A DNA stretch of 31,314 nt from Bugula neritina. Its lineage: Eukaryota > Animalia > Bryozoa. The DNA is taken from positions 1 to 31,314 of the forward strand of contig CAXIUT010000210.1 in assembly GCA_964035545.1 (NCBI GenBank), written 5' to 3'. Below are positions 1 through 12,382 of the stretch, piece after piece (positions within the stretch are counted from its first letter, which is position 1; each line of letters starts with the position of its first letter). The position numbers were made by a program, and so were the translations under genes. The notes under the pieces are model-generated. The model was given only the letters and a program-made list of their open reading frames with translations. It was not told the origin of the DNA and ran no database searches.

Positions 1-77
1 CCCAACCCCAACCCCAACCCCAACCCCAACCCCAACCCCAACCCCAACCCCAACCCCAACCCCAACCCCAACCCCAA
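1..77 (-). repeat. Left telomere, CCCAA + (CCCCAA)12
   Basis: Perfect C4A2 repeat at the sequence start; the Tetrahymena-type ciliate telomere repeat. Confidence 0.98.
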
Positions 78-78
78 G

Positions 79-3000
79 TTTATAGATTTTATCGAATAAG
101 GTCTGAAAAAAGGATAATAGAAACAATTAATAGTAAATTTATTGCTACCTCAACATATATTTAATCAATTATTCTCAATTCCTGACTTTATTTAGTCTAA
201 GGGTAAGCCAAAAGAATCAACTAAAAAAGCTATCCTAGACTGTATTTAAAGAATGCACATTTTTTGGGGACAAAATATGGTTGGTTATTTGGTTAAATAA
301 ATCAATTTTTCTGACTTTCTTGATAAAATATATTTCCAGGATAATTTGGAATTTATCAGACAAAAAATAAATAGAAAAATCATCATACACTTGGATTCGA
401 TTGATAAGTTATAGATCAGTGTCTAGGAATATCTTTTGGATTTGTTTATTAACAATTTTTACTTAAAAATCAAATAGTATTAAATGAAATCAGACAATAA
501 AGATAACTAAAATATCAGATAATTTTTCCTAATTCTATCTAAAATAATAAAATTGATCAATCCTTAAAGATTCTATGATACTTAAGTATTAGTTGGTAAT
601 AGTTTTTTCAATTTATAATTAATGTTTGAATCTTATCGACAACTTGAAGCAATCTAGTCATAACTTCAGCGGTGACTATCTAATAGGACATCTAAAAATC
701 TTGACTAACATATTCGAAAAAAGACCTTAACTAATTCAACCAAAAATAATCGACTTCATACTTGATGATTGTTTAGTTTTGAGTGCTTAATCTAACCAAT
801 ATCTTTTGTATCAAGAAGAATAAGTAGGCGAATATCTTAAAATAATAAATAAAATACTAGAGTTAACTCAATAATCTTTTTATCTAGAAAAGTTAATAAA
901 AATTTTGAAACAATCACAAAAGTTCATGTTGAGCGATTAGGATTTTTGGAAAAGTAAGCCTAAAAAAGAAAAGAAAAAGGAAAAAGAAAAAAAACAAGAC
1001 AAAAAACAAGACAAAAAACAAGTTTTCAGAGGACTAGAAAATCCTGGATCTATATGTTATATGAACAGCTTCTTGCAGCAGTTGTTTATGATAGAGTAAT
1101 TTAGAGAAAAGCTATTGAATGTTGGTTAGTAACGTAACTAGATGGTCGACAAAAAAGCTGAAAATGATGCGGTCATGGTGAATACTCTAAAAGAACTATT
1201 TTTAAATTTACAACACTCGTAGTAAAACCATATTAATCCTATGAAATTCTTTAAGTCCATAAAAAACTAAAAAAACTAACTAATTCTGCCATAAAACAGA
1301 CAATATGATGCAGATTAATTTGCTTTAACGCTTTTTGTAAATTGTAGAAAGGAATCGAATAGCTAGGTTCATCTAATTTTATTAAAAGTTTATTTGTTGG
1401 CACTTATTATAATCACATCAGATCACAAGAATGTAAACATCATCCTCCAAGAAGGTAGTAGTAATTCTAAACTATGATTTTATAGGTAAAGAATTCAATA
1501 ACTCTTTCATTGGATTCACTGGTGAAGGAAGAACTATTAGATGGTCTTAATTAATATTATTGTTAGTTATGCGATCGTAAAGTAAAAGCTAAAAAACGAC
1601 AAACTATAGCATAGTTACCACCTTATTTGATCATGAATTTGAAGCGTTTTTAATATAATCTTCTGACATAAAAAAAAACAAAAATAAATTCTCATTGTTA
1701 ATTTCAAGTCTAATTGAACTTATCTCCTTATTCTGAACAAACAATATCCAAAAAATTAGGTTTATAATAAGGAAATTAACAAAAGCATAAGGAGGAATAC
1801 TTCAAGTATAGGTTGAGAGGAGTAGTAGTGCATTCTGGAAAAGCTGATAGTGGACATTATTATTCTTACATTAGTCCTTCACCTAGAAAATGGTTTAAAT
1901 TCAATGATAAAAAAGTTGATCGTTTTGATATTCCTAGCTCGAAAAAGAATGTTTCGGTAGTCATGATTTTTAAAATGATATTAAATAAAATAATGCCTAT
2001 TTGATAGTATACTAGCGTATCGAACATAGATATTAATCGATGACTCTAGGGACTTAAAATATTATTGAAAAGAAGATGGAATAGTAGAAGATGGAATAGT
2101 AATACTTGAAAGCTGTACAGATTCATTCGAGTAATATGAAGTAGAGACAAAAATAAATAATTTTTTCTTCAGCATATGAGCAGATGATTCAGAAAATGGA
2201 TAAATTTGTTGGAAAATTCGATGAACCAGACTTATTAAAATCATGGTATAAGTTTGAATTATAATTCTATATGTATGTCGAGATAAGGAAAGGTTAATTT
2301 AATGAGATAATCGAGTTTTCAAAAAACATCTAGAAGCAAATAATTGAAAGTTCCTAAATGAGATAGCTATTTTTGAATTTTTTCTAGAATTCTTAAGTTT
2401 TTTAGAAATATTTTGTGTTTAATACCTCAAGGAAAAGAAGTGAAGTCCTTGCTCATCTCTTATCAACTGCTATGTAAACCGAATTAACTTGACTGTTTTT
2501 CCATCAGCTGACAACTTAAATCTATTTACTAGAATATTGAAATGCTTCAAAAATATTTTCCTTGAACACGGTCCTATCTCATAATTGTTGACAACTTTAC
2601 GTAAATTAGTTGAAATTCTTGTTGGCAAAAAATAATATTCTTTTCTTCTTCAAATTATGAGTGATTCAGAAATGGATGAGGAGGTTGTTACTTTATCTTT
2701 GAAGTTATCGATTATTTAAACAGAGAAGAAAGAAACTTATGAATAACAAGAAGATAAGATTCAAGATAAAAGAACTTAACCAGAAAGAAATCTTGATAAA
2801 AAATCCTCAGAAGTTAATGTGGATGAACCTTTAAAGATTGTGTCTATATTTGCTCTTGATGTCCATCATTGTACTAAGAGAGAAAGAGATGGTAAAAATC
2901 ATATTCAAATTCAACAATATCAAAGAATGAAGGATATTTTCAAATAGCAATTGTATTAAAAAATTATAATCAGAGAATAGTTTGCTCTAGGATATGTCGA

Positions 3001-3812
3001 CTCAAAAAGCTTTATATTATTTCTGTCAATTATAAAGGGTTGGCATCTTTAATAATAAATGTTATCAATCATATAGAGATTTTTAATAAAATAAAAGTCT
3101 AATTTTCTAGCGCTCAGGTTGCATTTCCAATTTCTAGAATATTTCCTGACAGTTGAAAAGATAACAGAAAAATATTTTCGAATAATGGCTTCCTTGGTCT
3201 AAAAGGTATTTAAATAAAAATATGATCAATTTTTTGAGATCAATGTAATCATCTATGGATGTTAAAGGTACATATGAAGTGATGTAGTTTGCATGTATAA
3301 GTGAAAATTTTTTAACGTTTATAAGTAAAAATAGACGACTTAGACAGATAGAAAATAAGTTAAAGAAGATATCTTCTTAGTAACATAAATCATAAATAAG
3401 AAATTTGTATTTTTATCAATATGCAGGAAAAATATAGAACTGAAATAATTTACTACAGAAAAATAGGATCCCCAATATTGAAAAGGAAAAATGATCCTTT
3501 GATACTTAGCGTATGAAAAAAATAATCACTGAGATTAAGAACTAAACTTTCAGGGCTAATCAAGTCACCAGGATACCATGTGACAAATATTATAAAGGCT
3601 AGTAAGGTTGAAGTTTTGTATTTATCTATTTATTTAGTGATGAGATTTCATTTAAATGGAAAAAAGCAATAGTGGCTAAGAATGACTTTGGATATTTATC
3701 TTTGTAGATGACAAATAAATAGATGTTGTTCAAATGGGAGAATTCTGAGTCAATAAGAATGTATGTGGCTCCTGAGGATCCAGAGATGGTTGAGGAAGAA
3801 CAATGGCCATGA
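79..3812 (+). CDS. Ubiquitin-specific protease (peptidase C19, USP9/24/34-like), 5'-truncated at the telomere, several frameshifts
   Basis: With UAR=Glu: Cys box [19 protein letters not shown] (Cys at 1055-1057), RQYDAD-E-F, YYC-E-LC zinc finger, NLKRF-E-Y, His box [25 protein letters not shown] and NAYLIVY-E-R. Frame changes near 673, 1336, 1935 and several at 2400-3650. Ends ...EEQWP-TGA. Confidence 0.85.
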
Positions 3813-3870
3813 TATATACCCGTCAATTATCATATTATTATTACATTAATGATAATAATGATTGAAGTTA

Positions 3871-5345
3871 TCATGAAGAGTTCACTATCCTATGACTTGA
3901 TGATTCTTTTTGATCGCCTAGAGATCGATCTTGATGAATATCGTTAAATCCTACTTTATGCATCCCTCCTCCAAAGACAATCATTTCCGTTGCCTCGTTA
4001 CTGACCCAAAGATCAGCTGATGAGTTATCTCTGGCTTTGGGATTTTTCCTTCTAAAATCACTTATGGTCTAGTTCTTTTATTCTTTTCCTGAACTAGTCC
4101 TTATTGGACATGAGCAGAATGGAGTTAGTCAGGATCTAAAAAGTTGAAGTAAGATTGAATCCTTAACTTTATTTGTTTTGTGCCTTTCCTATTTATTTTA
4201 AAAGTGGATTCTTTCTTGTTTTTTTATCCATGAGATCTTACCTTTAATGTCTATCCATATAAAGAGTTATAGTATTATACTTCTTTCAGTTGATTTCTAT
4301 ATTTTTTAAGAGATTCTTTTTTTGGTTGGGTTGTCTATTCTACTGGTAAGAAGTTGCATAGCCAATTAACTGCTTTTTTTTGCTGAGTCTCTTCTTGTTT
4401 TTTTGATAAGTTGGCTTGTAGATTCTCCTCTGATCTTTCTCTTTTCTTCTTGAGAATCAACCCAACATGTCTTAATGTATTTATTTTTGAGGTCAATTAA
4501 AAGAAGATCATTTCTTTCGTGAGTGACTCCATGTGTTCCACCAAAAATGAAGATAGTATGGTTGTCAAGAGTAGAAACATGTCCAAATCTACCAGGAATT
4601 GAGTTTTTTAGAGGTATTTATGAGTATTTAAGGGTGCTGAGATCGAAAGACCAGAGATCACCAAAGATGTTATATGCATCTTTTCCTCCATAGATGAGTA
4701 GATATTTTTTATATATGTTGAAAGTAGTATGAGTTCGAGGTTGTGGACTAGCCTCATCATTTGTTTTGGAATTGAACAAGACTTGCCAAACAAATGTGTC
4801 CAGATTCAGTGAGTATATGTTAGAATGATACTCATGTTCTGAGTAGCCCATGCCCATGATCATTTAGTTGCTATATAGCACACATCTATGAGAGTCAATA
4901 GATGGAGGGGTATTTTTAGTTTATATTTTCTTCCAGGTTGAAGTCTAGAAGTTAAATTAGTGGAGTTGGTTAGTGTTGGTCATGAACTAGTACATACCTC
5001 CAAAGAGATACATTTTATTGTTGTATATTACTGCTGAATGCGAGTGTCTCTGTCCTGGTTTATCTCCTTTCTGTAAAATTTATTCCCATTTGTTGTTGGT
5101 GAGTGAGTATTTGAAGAAATTTTCATAGATTTGTGGGGAGTTGCTATCATATCCTCCATAGATGTAGAGGCTAAATTGATATTATCTTACTTGTTTTGAT
5201 GAATAGATGAGGAGTGGCAGGAGCGTCGGTCGATAATGGTTGAGGTGGTTTTGATTTATGTCCATTCTTGGGGTTAGTTGGTTTTGAATCCATGGAGAGA
5301 CTACCTCTAGTAAACTTTGCTTTACTTCTTGAAGAGACTTAGCAT
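3871..5345 (-). CDS. Kelch-repeat protein (3' end approximate, frameshifts at ~3900-4260)
   Basis: Repeated kelch motifs LYIYGGYD, RHSHSAVIYNNKMYLFGG, LLIYGGKD, GRFGH..IFIFGG, PKARD..MIVFGG..FND. ATG at 5345; one 20-nt intron. Confidence 0.85.
5171..5190 (-). other. 20-nt spliceosomal intron GTAAGATAATATCAATTTAG
   Basis: GTAAG..TAG ends; removal joins QN-N-LYIYGG in frame with the ATG at 5345. Confidence 0.85.
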
Positions 5346-5453
5346 TTAGAATATTATAGAAATAGAATATTATTCCCTATTAAACAGTAATTATTCATAA
5401 AAATCATCTTTATTTTATCTTATGATTTACCAACTATTGGGCAATGTCTTAAT

Positions 5454-6141
5454 TCATACTTCTTCTTGTTGTTATTGATTCATTTCTATAGGAGAAATTT
5501 TTAAAAACTAGTCAGATATTTTTATTTTGAATTAATTCTCCACCGTTGTTTTCGGTGATTTTTTCCCTAAAAAATACTCTTCTTTATCTCTCTTCCGAAT
5601 CATCTTCTTTTTCTTCTTTATTTAACATTCACTCTTGCCCTATGATATTGTTTGACAAAGCCGTTCGATGTCTAAGTTGAATTCATTGTGATGAGAACGA
5701 AGCATATGTCCTTTCTGTTCAAGATGAAGGTCATAGTCTTTGAAGTGTTATTGGCATATTTGACAGTATTTTGAAGATGGAGCCGGGTCTTAAATTTTCT
5801 GAATAAGAGATAAGATACTGTGCATGATGAAGAGCAGATAGTTGACCGAACTCTATGTTCAAAAAGTAGTTTTTCTGTTTGTTTGTCCTTTCCTTGGGTT
5901 TTCTACATAGATTTAAACTTACTGTTTGAGTGGGAAGGACGAAAGCAGGTGTGAAGTGTTGTTGGTCGTGGTTGAAAGAAGGAATAATGTTTCTTGGTAT
6001 GGTGTTCGGGACTAAATGATAAGAAAGGTACCAGAAGAGAGGTTAGAAGTCTACGTTGGTAGGTATGATTTTACACTCATGTTTGAGTCTGATAAGTGAG
6101 AAGAGATAGTCTTTGGGATTGGGTTTAGCATTATCTGTCAT
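5454..6141 (-). CDS. DBF4-type zinc-finger protein (~215 aa, two introns)
   Basis: After removing two 20-nt introns, the frame runs from ATG 6141 to TGA 5454 and contains KYCQICQEHFKDYDLHLEQKGH (C2H2 spacing like zf-DBF) followed by a Lys-rich stretch. Confidence 0.65.
5799..5818 (-). other. 20-nt intron GTATCTTATCTCTTATTCAG
   Basis: GT..AG ends; removal puts the zinc finger in frame. Confidence 0.75.
5903..5922 (-). other. 20-nt intron GTAAGTTTAAATCTATGTAG
   Basis: GTAAG..TAG ends; together with the 5799-5818 intron it restores one continuous frame. Confidence 0.8.
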
Positions 6142-6169
6142 TTGCAACTATACAATTTTAATTAAACAT

Positions 6170-7163
6170 CTTAAACATTATAGAAGCTTATAATTGAGGC
6201 AAGCTTTAATTACTCTTGATATATAGTTCAGGAAAAGACATGAGAACTGTTTTGAGATAGGAGTAAGTAATATAGGCTATATTTTCTTCAATTGTTAAAT
6301 AAATATTTAAGATTCTTGATTTTCTGATGACAATCTATATCATATTTGTGATTTATCTCCTTTAGAATGCTAATTTATTGAAATATTATGATATTAACTC
6401 TGAATAAATCATTTTTCTTAGAAAGGTTGAATAATTCAAGCCCTTCTTACTGTTTTGGCTCCCATATTTTTATGGGTTTTGAGGAAGCTAAGAACTGATC
6501 TTTTGGGGGTCTATCTCCTCAATATTAGTTTAGATTATTGAGTCTTTGCCTCGGAATGAAAGGCATCAGCACTAGCATCTTGAAGAAAGTTGGAGAACTT
6601 TTCAGTTTGATTTTGTTTGAATTTGATGGGTCTGAATATAAGAAAGAGTACTTGAAGAGTGGAGAAGAAGGTTCACTGAAATCGTTCTAAATTTCCATGT
6701 TTGGGTATGATGCTAAGTAATTATTATAAACATCCTAATTAAGTTCAGAATAAATATTCTTGATTAAACTTAAATTTAACTGAGGTTTTAAATGTTTATA
6801 AAGGATCTATCTATACTATTCTTTCATAATTTGAAAGAAACAATCAATTTAAGGTTTTGTTTGTTTTGTATTTTGGAATGATAGCTACCATCCATTTTAG
6901 AATTATTGGAGAAGCTATTTATTGAGAATAAGGTTAGAAAGGATTTTCTTGCTTTAGAATTTTTTATTAATTGACTAGGTTGATCGGGAAGAAAGGTCCT
7001 TTTGATTGAGGTTGTATTTTATTGGTTTGTCTATTTTCAAATATTTTACATGGAGCTTTAAGTATCTATTTTCTTCTTTAGATGAACTAAAATGAAGGGT
7101 TAAAGCTAGTGGTCAATAATTAAATTTGATATATTTGTCGAAAAGAGAACTTTATTTAAGCAT
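6170..7163 (-). CDS. Hypothetical protein, frame broken, boundaries approximate
   Basis: Long TGA-free segments in shifting frames downstream of ATG 7163; no motif recognised. Confidence 0.35.
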
Positions 7164-7203
7164 TAATGATGATATGATCAGATTCAATTATTGATAAAGA
7201 TGA

Positions 7204-7436
7204 TCAATTCCAGAGACTTTTCATTTATAGCCAAAATTATTGTCTAAATTGACTGAAATTATCTTGAAAACTTTCACTATTGAACCCTTTTCCCATGAAT
7301 CTTGTATTATCTTTTGCTTCATAATCACATATGAAGGATAATTATACTTTCCAGTCTGTTAATTTTGGTGTGCATAATGATACATAGCATAGAAACTTCC
7401 CCAGAAAGCAATCGCTTTGATTATTGGACCTGCCAT
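7204..7436 (-). CDS. Small hypothetical protein with hydrophobic N-terminus (~77 aa, probably one frameshift)
   Basis: MAGPIIKAIAFWGSFYAM... then ...FRQEFWLEMKSLWN-TGA in an adjacent frame; flanked by AT-rich spacers. Confidence 0.4.
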
Positions 7437-7709
7437 TTAATTATTAATTGGTAAATTATAGATAAATCATATTTAATGAGTTCATTGTTTACAAGTAGGG
7501 TGACTTATTGGATATCTGGACCAAAGAAGTGATCTCATTGATTGAAAGGATGATTTTTATTCAAAAATTTAGTATTTGTTTGATTTTTATGAAGATTTGC
7601 GATCAAGTCTATGATTATTTTTTGCAAAGTAAGAATATTATTTCCATAAGCAGGTACAATAGTCCTCCTGCTAAATATAATAAAAGAATAGCAATTATGT
7701 AAACATTAA

Positions 7710-9216
7710 TCATTATTAATAAATTCCGCTTGTCGATTCCCTTTGTTTAAGAGGATCAAGCATATTTTCTTAAACTAGCGATTTGAAAGATTTCGATCTT
7801 TATTAAAGGGCGTTTTCATCTACTATAATCCTTACTTGATAAAAAAGCCAGGCCATAAATCTTTGAATTCATTTCTTTTAAAAGATAAGAGAAAAATGAC
7901 TAATATGAGACTCAGATAAACTACAAGACAGAATGGAATACTGAAAGGATAGACTGCTTCAAGTCCTATCCATAAAATGGTGGAAATGATCACTGTAGCA
8001 TTTCCCCAGATTGTGTAGACCCAGCTGCTTCTGTTCTAGTCAAATTGTCTGTGATAGGAAAGGACAATACCAGGAAAGATGACGTCTGTTACTAGTAGCC
8101 ATGAACACTTTTTGTAGAGATTGTTGACTAGATCTGGAACTACAAGGAATAATGGAGAAGAGATTTCACTTGCATAGTCATTGTAAGATTAATTTAGAGT
8201 ATAATGTAAGATGATTGTGGGTGGTTGTGGACTACTATGACAACTACTAGTTGTGAGATTATGCTTATTTTAATGAGGAAAAGTGAAAGAATTTAATACT
8301 TGCTATGCAGATGCAAATGGCCATGAAATCATAAAGGATCCAGTTTTATGAGAAAATTGAAGCTATGACAACACCTAATGCTAGGAAAACACTGATGATA
8401 TCACAATATCTAATCACTTTATATACTTATTTACTAAGTACTCTTACAAGGAAAAACATTTAGTTAAAGCAGATATAACAACAAAAGGATGAGTACTGTG
8501 ATACCTACGTATCGAAGAGTGATAAAGGCGTCGTCTGGGTTGAGAAAAGTAAAAAATATAAAAGAATTCCTCCTAATATGATGCAAATAGCAAGGACATA
8601 AGGCCATCTTACTGTAAACCAGATAGTTTTTTTATTATACTTAAGTGACCATATTTTAGAATTGATAGCTACACCGATTAGTATGAAAGCATTGCTTGCA
8701 GCTATGATCATATATCCATATTAAAACTTTTTGTGTCTGCTATCAGGATCTGGATCACAATCTAAAAGAAAGCTGAAATTATGGAAATTAGTGATAGCTA
8801 TATTGACTTTATTGTAGTAGTTGTCATTATTGATATTTGATTTCGATGAGCAATTGAAAGCCTAGAGTGAAAGTATTTGTTGTAAATTATACTATGGCAC
8901 AGTTGGGGTATTAATTAGGATCTAGGGTGACTTTAGTGTTAGTTGAATTAAGAGGTCCAATTCCAGCATATCCAAAAATGATAAAATCACCATTGGTATT
9001 GTTGATAAGGTTAAGTTTTCCATTTTTACAGTTCATTACTTAGTTAAATGTGCTATCATTGTATCTGCTATTGAGTTGTCCATTTGCAACAACATTGCTA
9101 GTTTATTATTCTGAAAGGATTTCTTTGTTTATGATATCGATCGATGGAATTCTTTGTTGTTGAAGAGTAATGGCTAAAAGAAAAGTGATGGATAGGATTT
9201 TTAGATTTATTATCAT
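7710..9216 (-). CDS. Signal peptide peptidase-like (A22B) multi-pass membrane protein with degenerate catalytic motifs
   Basis: N-terminal signal peptide, Asn-rich luminal region, NWILYDFMAICICIASIKFFHFSSLK, SWLLVTDVIFPGIVLSYHRQFD (cf. SMLGLGDIVIPG...RFD), KRNEFKDLW. Possible 31-nt intron at 8862-8892; indels near 8220-8270. Confidence 0.7.
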
Positions 9217-9261
9217 GGATTATAGATATAATTTATAAGGTAATTATGCTAGAATCATGGT

Positions 9262-10170
9262 TCAGAGGAGGAAGGGGAACATTTGCTTTTCTTCCTTTAG
9301 GATAGGTGTCTTTGAATTACTTGCGGTAAGCGTTTATGTTTTTGAAGAGCCCAGTTTGCCATTTGAACTACTGAAAAGATAGTTAAAATATAAGGCTGTC
9401 CAGTTTCTTGTCAAAAGTGAATAAGTTATCCAAACAAGAGCCTACCAGAAATAATTGGCACATGATACAAAATCAAAGCCAAAGCCATAGGGAATCTTAC
9501 GTACTTTACTTGCATTTTAGTATTAGTCAACCTTTTATTTCGATGGTTTGCGGAATCCTCCAAGAATTGAATGACATTTAAAATTCATGATCTTGACAGA
9601 GAAACCAGAAGGCCGAAAGACCTGCAAGGACTGGTTTACTATAAGTATGTCCAGAGGGGAAGAGGTAAAGTTCAACAGCATTGAAGAGAGCAAAAAGAAT
9701 CCAAATAGTGGAAGCTGTTGATGAGTACTCTTTTAAAGGGCATTGACTATCTGCTGAAGACATGCACATAAGCTGTTTCATACTCTCTCTTGAGTAGTGA
9801 AGAATAGCCATAGCGAGTGCAATGTTTTTGAACATCAGTATAGAGTTATTTTTTTCCTAAAAGATAAAAAAGTGGCATGATGATGATTGGTCCAAAATAT
9901 TCAATATAGAAGACTTGTTTCCCATCTGATTTGTTTTCCTAGATTTTTGAGGATGAGCAAGTTGGATGGAAGTTTGATGAATTTGAATGTTTTATCATTA
10001 TCTGTGAGAACTATTTTGTTTTATCCTTATTTATATGATAGTTCCTTGCTGAGTAAGGGAATGCGAGTTTGTTTCTCAAGTTATTGCTTGAGTTGTCGGA
10101 CAGAGGTATCTGGTTGTGCTGTAACTGGAATCTACTTGTCTTTGTATTGAACTGTGAGATCAGGGGACAT
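9262..10170 (-). CDS. TECR: Very-long-chain trans-2,3-enoyl-CoA reductase (TECR/Tsc13), multiple frameshifts
   Basis: Ubiquitin-like N-terminus, then LKNLGKQIRWET-VFYIEYFGPI, KREYETAYVHVFS, IPYGFGFDFVSCANYFW-E-ALVW, QMANWALQKHK, YRK-E-FKDTYPKGRKA. Confidence 0.9.
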
Positions 10171-10807
10171 ATCTTGATATTTATTACAACAATCGTGGTA
10201 TTTATAAAAGTAAAAAGATAGTATAAAAGTAAAACTAACTGGCGGAGTAATTTAAATGTAGGAGTAAAAGTAATCCATATTCAACTTGGATATTCTGAGT
10301 GAAGCCATAAGAGGAGATACCAGGTATTTTATTTTCTATTTAGGCCTACTTTCAGTTGAAATGTCAAGATGAGGACCTCTCTTCTACAATAAAACATCAT
10401 TTTGATCATTAGTTACTTGTTTTGAAGCAGAAAAATCCTTAAGTGAGAGAGAATCAAAGTTTGAGATAGAAATCTGATAAAAAATGATTTTTTTTTGATG
10501 TATGCTGAAAAAATATCCCTATTTAATGTTTTTGTAGTAGATATTGCTCTAAGTGTTCTTATTTTACTGATAATCTATGCTGTTTTTTTGACTTTTTTGA
10601 AGACGACAATACTATTAGAGTTAAACTTTGGCAAATCGCATGTTCAATATTTAATTTACAATAGTTTTGATATTTTTCTTACTTAAACTTTGCATAGGAT
10701 CTTTTGTAGGTAAAGATTTATTATCTAATTTGTACTTCTACTTCTCAATCCATTCTTTAAATAATATAAATGTAGCACGAGATTAAATGGTACGAATAAC
10801 GTGATAA

Positions 10808-11222
10808 ATGGAGACAACAAAGCAAACCATACCCTGCCAACTCCCCTGACGTCTACAAACCAAACTAACTCACCATGGAAGTCTGTGACATGATCAACGA
10901 TATCATCGTATCAACTAAAGGACCATACATTCCTTTCCAGAAAAAAATCAATTTAGCTGATTTAGCCAATATAGTTTAAGAAATTTGGGATGACCAAGAT
11001 GATTGAATCAGATAAATTTAAATTATGATTTAAGATATTATCAAAAATTGAGATTTGTTGCTTAGAAAATGGGGTCTAGGTCAATCTGAAGAGGCAATCT
11101 AGCGACCATTACACCGATTATAGTGGAGAACAAGGTGTCAGCTATCCAATGGCACATGTAATAGACTCGTCCGAGGCAAACTCATAGGTGAAAGAGTCAT
11201 AGTAATAGAGGGTTTATGTTGA
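10808..11222 (+). CDS. Hypothetical protein, frame broken
   Basis: Higher-GC coding-like segment after ATG 10808 (..PANSPDVYKPNELTMEVCDMINDIIVSTKGPYIPF..); needs several frame changes. Confidence 0.3.
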
Positions 11223-11412
11223 GAGTATTAAGGAAAACTATAAATACAGCTGATTGGAAGGCATCTCCACTTGGCATGGAGTTGTTTTTTATTTATTTCT
11301 GAAATGATATGTTTTTTCGACTCTCTATTGAGTTCTAATCTCGATCTGTTGACTTTAATACTTGAATAGAAGCTCTTAATATTAAAATTTTCACTATCAA
11401 TAAATATTACAA

Positions 11413-12152
11413 TCATTATTTCAAGGTCATTGAGTGTATGTATCTATTGATTTTTCTTCTTTTGCTGACATGGATTGATTTGGAGTGACTGCTGATTCTT
11501 TTAGAAGTGAGAATGGAGGTCAAACAGGTCTAGTTGATGAAGAAATAAAGGCATTTTCTCAATATAGTTGATATTTATTTGACTGAGACTAGTTCTAGGC
11601 TCTAGATGTTATCTATTTATTTTTTGAGCCATTATTCTGTGAAGTAGGTAGCTAGGATGGTTTTGTTGAGGTATTTTCTTCCTCTTTTCAAATTGATGAC
11701 TCTGATGATATTATAGAATGTCGTTATAACTTTTTAAATATCCGGAATATCCTTTTTAACTGACAAGATAATTCTTTGAATAATTTACTATGAGCATTCT
11801 CTAGCTACAAAATGTGTAAAAAAGTGATTGATGATGTTTGATTCACTATTTTTTTTTGCCGATACTAATTAACGATCCATGTTCTTTTCTCTCTTCTTCC
11901 TTGATTTCTGGTAATCTTCCTGCTGCCTTAGAGTAGGTTAAGAGGTCACTTTGGGAAGTTCCTGAGTGCTGTTGGAAGCCTGGTTCATTTGAGGCACTTG
12001 GACTGGCCATTGTAGATTGTTTTCTATTGGGACATGAGGAGAGAAGGAAGGAGGGGATCTAAATGAGGATAGAAGTACGGAAGGTAGGACGTATTTGGGT
12101 CGAAGTAGAAGGGAAATGGGGGGTTGTTTCCGAGAAAGACGTAGAAATTCAT
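11413..12152 (-). CDS. Hypothetical protein, Pro/Gln-rich N-terminus and basic helical C-terminus (one frameshift near 12040)
   Basis: About 200 TGA-free codons ending ..LTSILTSKRISSHSKSIHVSKRRKINRYIHSMTLKE-TGA. Confidence 0.6.
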
Positions 12153-12382
12153 GTTCAGAATTCTTTTAGAAATTTAAAATTTAATGGTAAATAGAGAGTT
12201 CTATTCTAATGTATACTCCCTAATATCCTAAAAGAATATTATCAGTCATTTTCAAAATAATTTATATATTTATTTTTGAACTTTTATTTTTAGAGATTAT
12301 CTTCTAATTTGTTTTTAATAAACTATTTTAAAGCAAATAAATTACAACTTTATAATAATAACAATAATTAACAAAAATAAAT

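Noticed and set aside
660-690. Euplotes-like programmed +1 frameshift at TGA (CGG-T-GAC; similar at ~3275 and ~28198)
   Set aside because: Other frame changes (1336, 1935, TECR) occur away from any stop codon, go in both directions and share no slippery motif; sequencing error is simpler.
960-1022. Short tandem repeats AAAAAACAAGAC, also TAGAAGATGGAATAG near 2070-2100
   Set aside because: In-frame low-complexity coding repeats (KKQD, KMEE); not CRISPR or regulatory arrays.
4129-4131. UGA read as a sense codon in the kelch gene
   Set aside because: A neighbouring frame gives a more plausible sequence, Trp and Cys use normal codons, and all clean genes end at the first TGA.
10200-10760. Possible minus-strand gene between TECR and 10808
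   Set aside because: Several partly open frames but no consistent start, stop or motif, so it cannot be delimited reliably.
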